Below, one piece after another: positions 44,477 to 53,414 of a DNA stretch of 64,000 bases. The notes under the pieces are model-generated. The model was not told where the DNA came from. It saw nothing but the letters and a program-made list of their open reading frames with translations, and did not search any database. This stretch comes from Nitrospina sp. (GTDB taxonomy: Bacteria; Nitrospinota; Nitrospinia; Nitrospinales; VA-1). A program made the position numbers and the translations under genes. Every line of letters starts with the position of its first letter. The first letter of the stretch is position 1. Where the stretch lies: positions 68,069 through 132,068 of the forward strand of contig JABHBK010000001.1 of the NCBI GenBank assembly GCA_018673915.1. The letters are read 5' to 3'.

Positions 44477-47113
44477 TTAATGGGTTAAACTCAAAACCTC
44501 TTGGTGGTCATCAAAAAATGCTGGGTCCATTTCACGAACAATGCCCTCCATGTCAATCAAGTCCGTGACCAAATCTTGAACCACTACCGTTCCCAGGATT
44601 CCTTTCCGTGTAAGAGATCTTTTTACAGTTATATTTTCTTCGACAATATCAAGAATTTGATCGACCACCAGGGCTACACTTTTATTTTGGTGCGTGTATA
44701 TGATCGTTTGAATCGTTGCATTCTTTTTGACCTGTTGGCTGGAATCGAAAAAATTTAAAAGATCAATAAGAGGTATGATTTCTCCTCGGTATTGAATGAC
44801 GTCATTGTTTCCTGAGCGTTCAATGTCCGAACATTTGAATTCCTCCAGGCGTGCGACAGTAGAAAGCGGGATGGAGTTTCGTCCTTTTTCTCCAACTCTA
44901 AAGATCAATAAGGTTTCCTTGTCAGTAACCTCATTGTCTGCCAGGCTTTTATCTTTCGAATCTGCCATGGCTTGCTCCTGGTTTTCACGGACTACCTGTG
45001 CCTTTTGAGCCAGACCCATTATGTCAAGGATCAGTGCCACGCTTCCGTCTCCCATAATGGTTGCTCCAGAAAAACCTGCGATTCCCTTCAATTGGTTTCC
45101 CAAGGGTTTCACTACAATTTCCTCCGCATCACAGATCTGCTCAACGACGAGGCCAAACTGTCTTTCATTGGCGTTTAAAACAACAATATTGGTCGCTGTT
45201 TGAGCACTTTCATTTTTTGAAATTCCCAGTTCAGAATTCAAATTTATGATGGGCAAAAGGTTACCTCGAAGACGATATACCGGGGTCCCTTGAATCGTTT
45301 CGATCGCTTTTTCAGACTGCTCCTCATTCAAACGGACCAGCTCCAGCAGATTCACTTGAGGTATTGCATACTGGTTGCCTCCTGTTGAAACGATCAAAGC
45401 TGGAATAATTGCCAGGGTTAAAGGAATTCTTACTTTCAGGGTGGTGCCTTCCCCTTGACAGGTATGAATATCAACCGTTCCACCAATTTTATCAATATTG
45501 GTTTTAACCACATCCATCCCGACACCACGACCGGATACATTTGTAACTGCTTTCGCTGTAGAAAGCCCAGGCATGAAAATAAGGTTCACCAATTCGCGCT
45601 CGCCCATTTTTGCAGCCTGCTCGCTGGTGATCAAACCTTTGCTCAAGGCTTTTTCTTTGAGGATAGAGGGGTCAATTCCACCGCCATCATCTGTGATTTC
45701 AATAATGACCTGTCCTCCCTCATGGTAGGATTTCAGCTGTAAAACGCCTTCCTCAGGTTTACCTAGGTCGCGTCTTACATCGGGGATTTCTATCCCATGG
45801 TCTACTGAGTTACGTATAATATGTGTTAGCGGATCCTTAATCGCCTCGATCAAGGTTTTGTCCAGCTCCGTTTCTTTTCCTTCCGTTTCAAGGCGAATTT
45901 TCTTGCCGCATTCCATGGACAAATCACGAACTATTCTGGGGAACTTGCTCCAAATTCCGCCTATAGGCTGCATCCGCGTTTTCATCACTCCTTCCTGAAG
46001 ATCAGAAGTCACCAAATTTAAATGCTGGGAAGTTTCCATGAAGCTGGCATCATGGTGAGAGGAACTAAACTGCAGAACCTGATTTCTAGCTAAGACCAGT
46101 TCTCCAACCAGGTTCATCAGCTTATCAAGCAACTGGACATCAACGCGAATACTGGAATCCTCCAGCTTGCGCTCTTCCTTTTTTGCCGTACCTGAGCCAG
46201 AAGATTTTTTAACTTTTCCATTGGATGGGGTTACTTCAGGTTTTCCGTTCCCGGGCGTAAGACCTGACACTTCAGGAGCCTCTTTAGTTAGGGCTATTTC
46301 TTTTTTGGAGGGTTCTGATTTTGTTCGATTCAGAACATCATTTTTAACAGAAAGCGCTATGCGGGCCGCCTCCCCAATTAAATCACCGGGAACTTTCAAT
46401 TCCATCAAGGTCGTTCCAAAGTCTTCTATGACCGCATCAAAATGGCTTTCGTTCAGGCCTTTCTCTTCTACAAGATATTTGTGCGTTTCCCTGAGTCCTC
46501 TTCCGTCATAATTACTGGGGCCGCCAAACGCGAAAGCCAAAAACTCTTTTTGCTTATTCAGAAGGTGGTTCAAGTCTGCGCCTTCAAAAAAATGACTGAT
46601 ACGGTCGTCATTTAGAACTTTTGCGTAAAACAGGTTGACCGTTGCATCGACCGCTTCTTGTCCACCCATTCTCTCAAAAAGGGATGCAGGCTTTGCACCA
46701 TTCCCATTTCCTGAGGCTGGTTTTCCAGTCGCATCTGCCCGCAGGCGTTCCATGGACTCAATTAATCCAGAAAAATTATGATCTCCTTCATTTCCCTGTT
46801 TAGTTACAGATGTGAATATTCTGCGTATTGAATCTGACAGTTCATGCAGGATATTCATGATTTCTGGAGTTGGTGCTACCTTGCCCTGCTGAAGCGCATC
46901 TAGAAAGTTTTCACCAGAGTGGGTTAGAGATTCGAGCTTGGTGTAACCAATTAATCCGCAGCTACCCTTGATGTTATGGATAGTTCGAAAAATACCTTCT
47001 AATAATTCCGGGGAATGGGGAGTTTCTTCCAGGCTAATCAGGTCCTGATCAAACCGATCCAGGTTCTCACGACTCTCGGCCACAAACTCCAAGATCATTT
47101 CATTGGCTTGCAT
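44477..47113 (-). CDS. cheA: CheA-type histidine kinase with embedded truncated-globin domain and two CheW-like domains
   Basis: ATG at 47113 follows AGGAAGGA. Hpt domain (FRTIHNIKGS), globin-like insert, dimerisation helix, HATPase (NSVDHGIE, DDGGGI, GRGVGMDVV), then two CheW-like modules. Confidence 0.92.
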   Translation of the reverse strand: MQANEMILEFVAESRENLDRFDQDLISLEETPHSPELLEGIFRTIHNIKGSCGLIGYTKLESLTHSGENFLDALQQGKVAPTPEIMNILHELSDSIRRIFTSVTKQGNEGDHNFSGLIESMERLRADATGKPASGNGNGAKPASLFERMGGQEAVDATVNLFYAKVLNDDRISHFFEGADLNHLLNKQKEFLAFAFGGPSNYDGRGLRETHKYLVEEKGLNESHFDAVIEDFGTTLMELKVPGDLIGEAARIALSVKNDVLNRTKSEPSKKEIALTKEAPEVSGLTPGNGKPEVTPSNGKVKKSSGSGTAKKEERKLEDSSIRVDVQLLDKLMNLVGELVLARNQVLQFSSSHHDASFMETSQHLNLVTSDLQEGVMKTRMQPIGGIWSKFPRIVRDLSMECGKKIRLETEGKETELDKTLIEAIKDPLTHIIRNSVDHGIEIPDVRRDLGKPEEGVLQLKSYHEGGQVIIEITDDGGGIDPSILKEKALSKGLITSEQAAKMGERELVNLIFMPGLSTAKAVTNVSGRGVGMDVVKTNIDKIGGTVDIHTCQGEGTTLKVRIPLTLAIIPALIVSTGGNQYAIPQVNLLELVRLNEEQSEKAIETIQGTPVYRLRGNLLPIINLNSELGISKNESAQTATNIVVLNANERQFGLVVEQICDAEEIVVKPLGNQLKGIAGFSGATIMGDGSVALILDIMGLAQKAQVVRENQEQAMADSKDKSLADNEVTDKETLLIFRVGEKGRNSIPLSTVARLEEFKCSDIERSGNNDVIQYRGEIIPLIDLLNFFDSSQQVKKNATIQTIIYTHQNKSVALVVDQILDIVEENITVKRSLTRKGILGTVVVQDLVTDLIDMEGIVREMDPAFFDDHQEVLSLTH
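46328..46687 (-). other. group-I truncated haemoglobin (Bac_globin-like) domain inside CheA
   Basis: SLFERMGGQEAVDATVNLFYAKVLNDDRISHFFEGADLNHLLNKQKEFLAFAFGGPSNYDGRGLRETHKYL...HFDAV, colinear with M. tuberculosis HbN as I recall it. Confidence 0.75.
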
Positions 47114-47189
47114 GATTGATTCCTTCCTTATTTCTTTAGTATTCACGGGCCTTACCTCCAGATAAAGTTCCCGAAACTGTTGGGAGTTT

Positions 47190-47227
47190 ATTGAAGGGCT
47201 TCGGGTTTTTAACCGAAGCCCTTCAAT
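47190..47227 (-). other. perfect 15-bp intercistronic hairpin between mcp and cheA
   Basis: ATTGAAGGGCTTCGG, an 8-nt loop, then CCGAAGCCCTTCAAT. No U-run on either strand. Confidence 0.8.
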
Positions 47228-47242
47228 GCAAATACCGACTGT

Positions 47243-49264
47243 TTAGCCATTAAACTCGCTGACAATATTTTGCATTTCTGCCGCCAGTTTAGACAATTCA
47301 CTCGCTGCTGTTTGAGTATCCGTAGCACCTTCGGTGGTGCTATGAGCCGCCTGAGCCACACCGGCAATATTCTCGGCAATCTCTTGAGATCCGCGGGAGG
47401 CATCGGTGACATTACGGGTGATCTCGTTGGTGGTGGCCGACTGCTCCTCCACCGCACTGGCAATGGTGTTGGAGATATCGCTGATCTGGCCAATAACCCC
47501 GCTGATCTCACCAATAGCAGTTACAGCACTCTGAGTATCCGTTTGTATGGCGGAGATTTTACTGCTGATTTCCTCGGTAGCCTTGGCAGTCTGATTAGCC
47601 AGTTCCTTGACCTCGTTGGCGACTACGGCGAATCCTTTACCTGCTTCACCAGCACGTGCTGCTTCAATGGTGGCATTCAAGGCCAATAGATTGGTCTGTT
47701 CCGCAATCGAGGTGATGACTTTGATGACTTGGCCAATCTCAGCCGAACTGACTCCCAACTGGGTCACTGTCTTGTTGGTGGTCTCGGCCAACTGAACCGC
47801 ATCGCTGGTGACTTTGGTAGCCTGGTTGGCGTTATGAGCAATCTCTTTTATGCTTGCGCTCATTTCTTCCGAACCGGTAGCTACCGTTTGAATGTTCTGG
47901 TTCACCTGATCGGAGGCGGCAGAGACGACATTGGACTGAGCCGAAGTCTCTTCCGCATTTCCGGCCATTTGCTGGCTGGTGGCGGTCAACTCCTCTGAGG
48001 CTCCGGCAAGGGTCTGGGCTTTTTCCGCAACATTGTTAAGAACCTTCTGCATGTTTTCGTTCTGTTCTTTTTCGCGTTTTTCAGCCGCCAGTTTTTCGGT
48101 AATCACTTCCCAGGTAACCATGGGCCCGAGGTAATTTTTATCCTTATCATAGATAGCACTGACCAGAAGATCGAGGACCTCAGGACCCACTTGTATTTCT
48201 GCACGATGTGGCAGGTTATTGGGATCAGATAGAATTTTGCGCTGATGTGCAGGGTTCTTGTGGAAAACATCTATGGATGAACCCATTAATTGGTCCACTC
48301 GAATAGGAAGATGTTGTTCAATGGTTTTTAATGTTGTAACGGATGCTGGGTTGACGTAGGTGATTTGAAAGGTTTCTGCATCAGCAAAAAGCACGTTCAC
48401 TGGGGCATTTTCCATCATGGAGTTAACTCGGGCGACTTCATTCTCGGTCTTTAACTTTTGAGTTATAACGTCCCAAGTGACCATCGGTCCCAGGTAGTTC
48501 TTGTTTTCATCATAAATAGCGCTGACCAGAAGATCGAGGATCTCAGGCCCAACTTGTATTTCTGTACGATGCGGCAGGTTATTGGGATCAGAAAGAAGTT
48601 TTCTTTGGTGCGCGGGGTTCTTGTGAAAAACATCTATGCATTGTCCCATCAATTTATCCACAGGAATGGGTAAATATTGTTCAATGGTTTTTAACGTCTT
48701 TATGGAAGCAGGGTTGACATAGGTGATTTCAAAACTATCTTTATCGGCATATATGACGTTAACCGGGGCGTTCTCCATCATTGAGTTGACCCTATCCATA
48801 GCCCGTTTCGTGATATTGATTTTGGTGACATCTTCCCAGTTGACGACATAACCGGAAATCATACCATTGGAATCGTTGATTGAGTTTATGGTAGCGGCAA
48901 GCGTCACCCCACCAAAACCAAACTCAGCCGTGTGCGGCAAAGCAGAAGGATTGCGTAAAATTCTTTCAATCTTTTGCGGGTCTTTATGAAACCGGTGGAT
49001 GGAACCACCGACGATATCGTTCAGGTTAACCCCAAATGCTTCATTAATCTGGTCCTTGATGGTTTCCAAGGTGTTCACAGCACTTTGATTGGCGTAAACG
49101 AGAGTGAAATTTGTATCCGCCACCAGCACATTTGCTTGAACATTGTCCAGGCAGGAAAGCAGACCTCCCGAAGATTTCATTAAACCATTACTGCCATTTC
49201 CTCCACCAAACAGGCCGAGAAATCCAGATTTACTTGCAGATGATTGGGTGGCGAGCATATTCAT
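47243..49264 (-). CDS. soluble methyl-accepting chemotaxis protein with three N-terminal PAS domains
   Basis: No TM helix. Three PAS modules each carry FHK(N/D)P...W(D/E)(D/V). The C-terminal MCP signalling domain has ([29 protein letters not shown]). GGAGGA Shine-Dalgarno sequence. Confidence 0.92.
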   Translation of the reverse strand: MNMLATQSSASKSGFLGLFGGGNGSNGLMKSSGGLLSCLDNVQANVLVADTNFTLVYANQSAVNTLETIKDQINEAFGVNLNDIVGGSIHRFHKDPQKIERILRNPSALPHTAEFGFGGVTLAATINSINDSNGMISGYVVNWEDVTKINITKRAMDRVNSMMENAPVNVIYADKDSFEITYVNPASIKTLKTIEQYLPIPVDKLMGQCIDVFHKNPAHQRKLLSDPNNLPHRTEIQVGPEILDLLVSAIYDENKNYLGPMVTWDVITQKLKTENEVARVNSMMENAPVNVLFADAETFQITYVNPASVTTLKTIEQHLPIRVDQLMGSSIDVFHKNPAHQRKILSDPNNLPHRAEIQVGPEVLDLLVSAIYDKDKNYLGPMVTWEVITEKLAAEKREKEQNENMQKVLNNVAEKAQTLAGASEELTATSQQMAGNAEETSAQSNVVSAASDQVNQNIQTVATGSEEMSASIKEIAHNANQATKVTSDAVQLAETTNKTVTQLGVSSAEIGQVIKVITSIAEQTNLLALNATIEAARAGEAGKGFAVVANEVKELANQTAKATEEISSKISAIQTDTQSAVTAIGEISGVIGQISDISNTIASAVEEQSATTNEITRNVTDASRGSQEIAENIAGVAQAAHSTTEGATDTQTAASELSKLAAEMQNIVSEFNG
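48092..48793 (-). repeat. tandem 363-bp duplication encoding PAS2 and PAS3 of the MCP
   Basis: GACCAGAAGATCGAGGA occurs at 48161 and 48524, an offset of 363. The protein copies differ at 20 of 113 aligned residues by my count. Confidence 0.9.
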
Positions 49265-49408
49265 TTTTTTTCCTCCAAAATATTTTGTGTAGTTAGGAAC
49301 TTATTTCGGGTAAAAGCTTATTCCCAATAATGGGTCCTAATTTAAGACAGGTAGTTAGTTTCCTTGATTAAACTCTAAATGCTTTTCACTTTAACTAAAC
49401 ATAAGTAA

Positions 49409-49424
49409 AGCAAAAGGTATGCCA
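49409..49424 (-). promoter_or_regulatory. sigma-54 promoter of the mcp-cheA-cheW operon
   Basis: The minus strand reads TGGCAT-acctt-TTGCT, about 145 nt upstream of the mcp ATG. Confidence 0.7.
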
Positions 49425-49733
49425 AAAACCTGATAATCTTATAAGGGCTTATTTAACAGTGTAGAGATAAAAATGCTGATGTTTTTTTGTTGTGATTTGT
49501 TCCAATTTTTTTATATTCACCAGTGAAGTGTGTTTAAATGTTTTTATAGGGAGAGGGCGCTTCAAAAATGAGGAGGCCCATTTTGATAGGGAGCAATGTG
49601 CCTTGAGAGTTACTAATGAGGTTAAAAAGTTTGTAGGAAAGGAAGCAAAAAGAGGAAAGCCCGCTTTGAGGGGCAATCCTTTTTCCATGAAAATTCTGGT
49701 TTTGGAGCGGATTTCCAAAAACCCATAGCCCGT

Positions 49734-51107
49734 TTAAATAAAATATTTACGTTTCAGGCCTAGAGCCTTGAGGCGATTGTAAAGAGTTTGCCGGGAAAGG
49801 CCCAAATTGGTATAAGTTTTTTTGATATCCCCTTTATTGCGAGTCAGTTCTTGAGAGATCAGACTTTTTTCTATAGCGGCTAATTGGTTATTCAATCCGG
49901 TAGGAGGATTCTTAAGTGTTTGTTGAATAGAAACCTGAATATCATTTTCTGCGCTTGGGGTGCTGGTATCGGGAAGGCCCAGGACGAATTTGTCGGCTTC
50001 ATTTTTAAGTTCACGAACGTTTCCCTCCCACTTGCGAGACTGGAGAGCAATAATAAGCTCTGGAGAAGGGACCGGCGGTGTTTTCTGATTGTAGCGTGAA
50101 CAGGCATCCAATATTAGATGATGAAACAATAATGGGATATCTTCAACCCGCTCGCGCAGAGGGGGGAGAGCGATTTGAACCACATTGAGGCGATAATACA
50201 AATCTTCCCGGAACAGGTTTTGTTCACTGGCTAATTTTAGATCTGTTTTTGTTGCGGCAATAATACGGATATCCAGAGGTATGAGTTCGTTGGAACCGAC
50301 TCGCTCAATCGCTTTTTCTTGAATCACACGGAGAAGCTTTACCTGAAGGTGCAGGGGCATACTTTCAATTTCATCCAGGAAAACGGTTCCTTTGTTGGAG
50401 TGCTCAAATTTTCCGATCCTTTTACGGTCTGCGCCGGTAAAGGCCCCTGCTTCATGACCGAACAACTCACTCTCAATAATATTTTCAGGCATAGCCCCGC
50501 AATTGATAGCTGTAAATTTATGATTGCTTCTTTTGCTGGACTGATGAATATTTTGAGCGATGAGGTCTTTTCCCGTTCCCGTTTCTCCAAAAATAAGTAT
50601 GTCGGCATCGGCATCGGCGATATTTGAAATAACCTGACGAAGACGTTCGATGGAAGGGGACTTCCCTACAATCATATTCTTAGTGTCGTTTTGGTGGTTG
50701 ATTTTGGATCGGAGGTTCCTCACTTCCATAACAAGGCGGCGCTTTTCCTTTGCCCGTTTAATGGCATCTATGAAGGTTTCGGTAGCAAAAGGTTTTTCTA
50801 AAAATTCATAAGCTCCGTTTTGGATCGCCTGGACTGCCATGGAGATATTCCCCTGGCCTGTAATGAGGATGACGGGGATTTCCGGGTCTACTTCTTTGAC
50901 TTTTTCCATCAAGGTCAGGCCATTCATTTTTGGCATTATTACATCGCTCACCAATACGCCTGGCCAATCTGGTGAAATGGAAGCCAGAGCATCTTGTGCG
51001 GAATCAAAATCTTCCACTTCAAAGTTTTTATTTTGAAGTTCTCTTTTGAGGGATAAGCGGACCACTTTTTCGTCATCAACTAAAAAAACTTTTTCGCTGG
51101 TACTCAT
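49734..51107 (-). CDS. sigma-54-dependent response regulator (NtrC family)
   Basis: REC domain (FLVDDE, VLVSDVIMPKMNG, KP). AAA+ domain with GETGTGKD, GAFTGA and VFLDEI. C-terminal HTH. Confidence 0.93.
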   Translation of the reverse strand: MSTSEKVFLVDDEKVVRLSLKRELQNKNFEVEDFDSAQDALASISPDWPGVLVSDVIMPKMNGLTLMEKVKEVDPEIPVILITGQGNISMAVQAIQNGAYEFLEKPFATETFIDAIKRAKEKRRLVMEVRNLRSKINHQNDTKNMIVGKSPSIERLRQVISNIADADADILIFGETGTGKDLIAQNIHQSSKRSNHKFTAINCGAMPENIIESELFGHEAGAFTGADRKRIGKFEHSNKGTVFLDEIESMPLHLQVKLLRVIQEKAIERVGSNELIPLDIRIIAATKTDLKLASEQNLFREDLYYRLNVVQIALPPLRERVEDIPLLFHHLILDACSRYNQKTPPVPSPELIIALQSRKWEGNVRELKNEADKFVLGLPDTSTPSAENDIQVSIQQTLKNPPTGLNNQLAAIEKSLISQELTRNKGDIKKTYTNLGLSRQTLYNRLKALGLKRKYFI

Positions 51108-51148
51108 ATTTATTATTCCCAAAAATATTGTTCTTAATAATTAGACCT

Positions 51149-52393
51149 TTAAATTGATTCTTCTCCATTTGAATTAATGGGAAGGGTGATTATGGATTGA
51201 GTCCCTCGTCCCTCGGTGCTTCGGACTTTTAAATCTCCGCCATGTTTTTTAATGATTCCGTAACTGACAGAAAGCCCCAGGCCTGTGCCTTTAACCTCTC
51301 CCTTAGTCGTAAAGAAAGGGTCAAAAATTTTTTCCATGTGTTGCTGTTTTATGCCCTGCCCGATATCCTCAATTTCTACTTCAACGTTTGAATTGAGAAC
51401 TTTGGTGCGAATAGTTATTGCTCCACCCTTTTTGCAGGCCTCATTTGAGTTTTGCAGGAGGTTTAAAATGACCTGTTTGAACTGGTCTTCCACCACTCTG
51501 ACATCGGGTAAACACTCAACGTACTCCTTGGTCAACTGTATATTCTCTTTGTTGAAATCATTCTTCTTGAGCATGAGCATGTCATCAATAGCATTATGAA
51601 GGTTCAAGGGTTGAGGTGTTCCCGAAGTAGGGCGGTAAAAGTCTTTAAGCTGATGAGCGAGGTTCATGACGCGATTGCTCTCATTGATTGAAAGCTCCAC
51701 CAGTTCTTTCAGAGAGTCTTCCATGGTGGTTCCCTGCTGAACCTGTTCAAGGGTATTGCGAATTCCCATCAGAGGGTTGTTGAATTCATGAGCGATACTT
51801 GCGGCTAATTGACCGAGAGCCGAAAGTTTTTCGACGTGCAAAAGTTGCTGATTAACATTTTGCAACTCTTTTTCTGATCGTTCCCGTTCGGCTATTTCTT
51901 TTTTAAGTTGTTGGTTAGCCAGTTTTAGATCGGCGGTTCTTTCAAGCACTCTCTGCTCAACAAAATCTTTTTGAGCTCCAAGGTTTTTATTCAGCAACCG
52001 CACTTCAAGAATATTTTGAATTCTGCAAAGCACCTCCGATAGATCCAGAGGTTTAGACAAGAAATCCCGAGCGCCGAACTGCAGTGCCTTGAGGCGAACC
52101 GATGGGTCAGATTCTGCAGTTAATACCAGAATGGGCGCATAAGAGTCATCATTTTCAATTTGCTTGATTTGCTCAATGACCTGAAAGCCATCCAAATGTG
52201 GCATTCTCAAATCTAGCAAAACAAGGTCTGGTTTAAGTTCCTGGTATAGAGATGCCGCTTTTCTGGAGTCTGTTGTGCTGGTGATGCAGCTATAATTTGC
52301 CTGTTTTAATGCCGACTCCAGGACAATGATGTTTGAGCTCTCATCATCTACCATAAGGATTTTGGCTTTTAAAATTTCAGCTTTATCTATCAT
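51149..52393 (-). CDS. hybrid protein: N-terminal receiver domain plus histidine kinase
   Basis: REC domain (ILMVDDE, LVLLDLRMPHLDG, KP), a coiled coil, H-box IAHEFNNPL, and HATPase NSNEAC/DIGQGI/GTGLGLS. Confidence 0.9.
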   Translation of the reverse strand: MIDKAEILKAKILMVDDESSNIIVLESALKQANYSCITSTTDSRKAASLYQELKPDLVLLDLRMPHLDGFQVIEQIKQIENDDSYAPILVLTAESDPSVRLKALQFGARDFLSKPLDLSEVLCRIQNILEVRLLNKNLGAQKDFVEQRVLERTADLKLANQQLKKEIAERERSEKELQNVNQQLLHVEKLSALGQLAASIAHEFNNPLMGIRNTLEQVQQGTTMEDSLKELVELSINESNRVMNLAHQLKDFYRPTSGTPQPLNLHNAIDDMLMLKKNDFNKENIQLTKEYVECLPDVRVVEDQFKQVILNLLQNSNEACKKGGAITIRTKVLNSNVEVEIEDIGQGIKQQHMEKIFDPFFTTKGEVKGTGLGLSVSYGIIKKHGGDLKVRSTEGRGTQSIITLPINSNGEESI

Positions 52394-52499
52394 AGCGGCG
52401 ATCCGAAAAACTTGAGTTTGTTCATGGAGCTACTTTAAGCGTTAAACTGAGCCACCTATTGGATGAATAGTCTTAAAGAAGTTATCTGCTGAAGTAAAG

Positions 52500-52515
52500 A
52501 GCAAGATAAGTGCCA
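52500..52515 (-). promoter_or_regulatory. sigma-54 promoter of the REC-HK / NtrC-type regulator operon
   Basis: The minus strand reads TGGCAC-ttatc-TTGCT (consensus -24 and -12), about 105 nt upstream of the ATG at 52393. Confidence 0.75.
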
Positions 52516-52901
52516 CAAATAGGCATAAGCTTATGATTTAAAATTCAAGCAATCAGAGACCAATATAAGTAATTGTATTTTAAATGATTACTTGTCTTAT
52601 CTCGGGTTGATAAAGTTAAATGGCGATAGGCAATGGAGTAAAAATGATCAAAATATCCGGGCAGAATGTATTGATTAGTTTACAAAATAAGCGGCTGCAT
52701 GTAAAAGAAATTTGCGGGAACTATGAGGGAGCTAATCGTCAGAATTATTCCCTAGCTGGGCTTTGCTTGGACTGGCGGCCTATGGCTGCTCCTTGGACTT
52801 GCTTTTTTATAGCGGTGTCTAATAATTTTGCAGGATAACTAGGAATGACTCTAAAGCAGGGGAAGTTTCTGTAAAGCCTGGTAAAACAAGTTTAATGATG
52901 C

Positions 52902-53414
52902 TTAGAATTGCAGGAGAAAATCATCGTCCATTTCTTCTTCCAGGTAATCGGGCAACTGGGTTTCCTTGTCTGTAATAGCTTGACTGAGCTGAGAGGTGCT
53001 AAGGCCGGTTGCAAACAAAAGGTTAGCTCCTTTCAGATTAGTTTGATTGAAGAGGGTGTCTTCATTAAACTGGGCCCCTTCAAGACTGGCATTTTCAAGG
53101 TTGGTATATTGAAGGTTAGCTTCAAGCATCCCCGCTCCTGATAAATTACATTTTTGCATGTGGGCACTTTGTAGGCAGGCTTCTTGTAGCTTACTTTTAG
53201 TCAGGTTCGCTTCTCCCAGTTGAGCTCCCGTCAAATTGGAAAATTGTAACTTGCTTTCTTTAAGATTGGTGTTGCCAAGATTGATTTTTTGCAGCTTTAC
53301 ACCCCTTAAGTCTGCCTGAGATAAATCTGGATGTATTTCAGGACACTTTTCCCTCCATGCATTCCAAATATCCACTCCTTGTTTGATGAGTTTTAAGTGC
53401 TCTTCGTTAGCCAT
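52902..53414 (-). CDS. pentapeptide-repeat protein
   Basis: ADLRGVKLQKINLGNTNLKESKLQFSNLTGAQLGEANLTKSKLQEACL... repeats. Confidence 0.88.
   Translation of the reverse strand: MANEEHLKLIKQGVDIWNAWREKCPEIHPDLSQADLRGVKLQKINLGNTNLKESKLQFSNLTGAQLGEANLTKSKLQEACLQSAHMQKCNLSGAGMLEANLQYTNLENASLEGAQFNEDTLFNQTNLKGANLLFATGLSTSQLSQAITDKETQLPDYLEEEMDDDFLLQF

Noticed and set aside
47209-47689. ORFs 47209-47514 (-) and 47270-47689 (+) at the 3' end of the MCP gene
   Set aside because: They overlap the highly conserved MCP signalling-domain coding sequence in other frames or strands. The repetitive A/S/T/G composition of that domain generates long spurious frames.
49449-49728. 89-aa (-) and 78-aa (+) ORFs between the NtrC-type gene and the mcp promoter
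   Set aside because: They overlap each other, lack Shine-Dalgarno sequences, and have odd K/F-rich composition. They lie upstream of the sigma-54 promoter in what is more plausibly the enhancer region.
52620-52838. 72-aa plus-strand ORF in the 508-bp gap
   Set aside because: It has no Shine-Dalgarno sequence, no recognisable motif and no promoter. I could not support it.
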